A program made the translations under genes and the position numbers. Positions 62,269 through 64,000 of a DNA stretch of 64,000 nt are shown here, in pieces; the stretch's first letter is position 1; each line of letters begins with the position of its first letter. The notes beneath the pieces were generated by a model that did not search any database, was not told the DNA's origin, and saw only the letters and a list, made by a program, of their open reading frames with translations. The stretch is from an uncultured bacterium (lineage in GTDB: Bacteria; Bacillota_I; Bacilli_A; RFN20; CAG-826). The stretch is taken from assembly GCA_949290395.1 (NCBI GenBank), contig CASERQ010000002.1, positions 206,079-270,078 of the forward strand, read 5' to 3'.

Positions 62269-63261
62269 CTATTTTTTCTTTTCTTGAAGATTTATAAATG
62301 CTTTAGCAAATTTTTCAGTCATGAATTTATATCCATTTATATTAGGATGAACTGGGTCTTGCATAACAAAATTGAAATCTTGATTAATAAGATTTTCATC
62401 ATAATAAAAATCTATAAAGCCTAATGAATCTTTCTCTAAAATCCTTTTTAAAGATTCAATTCTATTTTCATAACTCTTGTCTCTGTCTTTAAAGCAGGTA
62501 TAAAAAATTACTTTAGGATTATTAAAGGATTTATCTAATTTTAAAAATTCATTTATCGCTCCTAGAGTGGTTGTTTCATCATTTACATCGTCTTCTTTTT
62601 TCACTCTAGAAAGATCATTTGTTGATAATTGAACGAGTATATAATCAAAGGATTTAAGTTCATCAAGAGAATATTTTCTTAACCTAGCAACATATGAATC
62701 TTTATCAATATTAGCAAGTGTTGTGCCATCAATCGCTTCTTTTATTACTTCAAAATAGTATTCATTATCTTCATATTCATTTAACATATCGACAAAGGAA
62801 TATCCATTTGTTGCATATCCTCTTGTAACACTACTTCCAATAGCTAAAATCTTAATTTTCTTTTTATCGCTATTATTAATAAGATTATAAAGTTCTAAAA
62901 AATCTTGTGATAGTTTGTAATTCTTTAAATCTTTCTTTTTTATCCAAAAGACTTTGCCTTCATTGCTATCTTTTAGCTCACCTTCAAATTTATCTGTTTT
63001 ATATAAAAGACCAAGATATCTAGTGTCATTCCCCCAATCCCAATCTTTTATATCGCATAATTTTGGATTAAAAATGGTTAAACCAGTTTCTTCCTTCATC
63101 TCTCTTATGACACTTTCTTCTAAAGTTTCCCCTTTTTCAACGTGACCTCCAGGAAAAGAAAGACCTGGCCAATCTAATTTTGTTCTATCAATAACTAAAA
63201 TTTCATCGTCTTTATAGACCATGCACATATTAGAAAGAATGCATTTAGTAATTTTATTCAT
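62269..63261 (-). CDS. Nudix hydrolase fused to SGNH/GDSL hydrolase
   Basis: GGHVEKGETLEESVIREMKEETGL, then AIGSSVT, QLSTND, DPVHPN. Confidence 0.85.
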   Translation of the reverse strand: MNKITKCILSNMCMVYKDDEILVIDRTKLDWPGLSFPGGHVEKGETLEESVIREMKEETGLTIFNPKLCDIKDWDWGNDTRYLGLLYKTDKFEGELKDSNEGKVFWIKKKDLKNYKLSQDFLELYNLINNSDKKKIKILAIGSSVTRGYATNGYSFVDMLNEYEDNEYYFEVIKEAIDGTTLANIDKDSYVARLRKYSLDELKSFDYILVQLSTNDLSRVKKEDDVNDETTTLGAINEFLKLDKSFNNPKVIFYTCFKDRDKSYENRIESLKRILEKDSLGFIDFYYDENLINQDFNFVMQDPVHPNINGYKFMTEKFAKAFINLQEKKK

Positions 63262-63263
63262 AA

Positions 63264-63752
63264 TTAATCTACAACTAATTCCTTAATTCCTTTTTCAAAA
63301 TAATTAACAAACAATCTTGCATCCATTTTTAAACATCTATCAAGATTTATGTTTTTAAAATTATAAAACTTGATTTCTAAAGATTCATTATCATTTGGTT
63401 TTATCTTGATATCTTTTGAATTAACTCTAGCTAAAAAGATAGCATCAACATAATATGTAACATCCTTATTAGGATATTTCATTCTTCCTTCTTCTCCGGA
63501 ATAAAGAGCGATAAGTTCTAAGTCTTCTATATTTAACAAAATTCCAGTTTCTTCAAAAGTTTCTCTTAAAGCGCCATCTTTAAGTTTTTCTCCCATATTT
63601 AAGGCTCCGCCTGGAATAGAAAATTTTCCATTATCAGCTCGCGTTTCAAGAAGCACTTCATCTTTTTCATTTAAAATCATTATAGCAACGCCAATTGCCA
63701 TAATTTCTTTATGTCCAACTATTTCTCGAATATATTTAATGTAATCTTTCAT
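63264..63752 (-). CDS. Nudix hydrolase
   Basis: PGGALNMGEKLKDGALRETFEETG; YPNKDV motif. Confidence 0.9.
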   Translation of the reverse strand: MKDYIKYIREIVGHKEIMAIGVAIMILNEKDEVLLETRADNGKFSIPGGALNMGEKLKDGALRETFEETGILLNIEDLELIALYSGEEGRMKYPNKDVTYYVDAIFLARVNSKDIKIKPNDNESLEIKFYNFKNINLDRCLKMDARLFVNYFEKGIKELVVD

Positions 63753-64000
63753 ATAAATGAATTATGAAATATTTCTTTTCGCTTTCCAAGAAAATTATAG
63801 ATGGCTATCAAGTTAATTTTAGATTCACTATTTAACTTAAGATAATAAACTCAAAACGAATATAGCTGAAATTTTTGCGTATATACGCTTTTTTTAGATA
63901 ATAGTTAGACTCATTAAACAACGTAACAACAAACACATCAAATCCGTCCTTTAAATAAACCGCCCATCAAGATAAAATATTTACGTATGGAAAAGAATTC

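Noticed and set aside
63790-64000. Possible gene end at the right edge, with a CGG codon in one frame
   Set aside because: Reading frame cannot be established from the fragment, so it was not used as evidence.

Overview
AT-rich chromosomal window from a genome-reduced Bacilli/Mollicutes-like bacterium. The gene content and the recoding signal below suggest RFN20/Onthovivens-like, but this is inferred. About 0-34 kb is housekeeping: the start of rplU with an L21-leader-like element, valS, engB, lon, tig, a split uvrC, mutS2, rnhC, rluD, lspA, T-box-regulated ileS and pheST, and a minimal mraZ-rsmH-small ORF-ftsA-ftsZ cluster with no peptidoglycan genes. About 34-46 kb is a maltodextrin locus with several unusual parts: an 848-aa MalK-type ATPase with extra OB/TOBE-like repeats and a long helical insert, an intact but apparently catalytically dead second GH77 amylomaltase, and an unlisted 45-aa ORF surrounded by cre/LacI-type operators. 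Further right are two giant paralogous lipoproteins, a MATE transporter, tRNA-Arg(ACG), a decaying accessory patch (ABC and ATPase remnants, RelB-like antitoxin plus frameshifted Doc) and Nudix genes. The strongest signal is that the rare CGG codon falls at two conserved Trp positions (ValRS codon 117, MalQ2 codon 273), indicating CGG->Trp reassignment, while AGG and CGA still behave as Arg and TGA as stop. A recurrent intergenic palindrome GCGATA-N2-TATCGC and many apparently leaderless genes are also visible. All calls come from reading motifs by eye; no database search was run.
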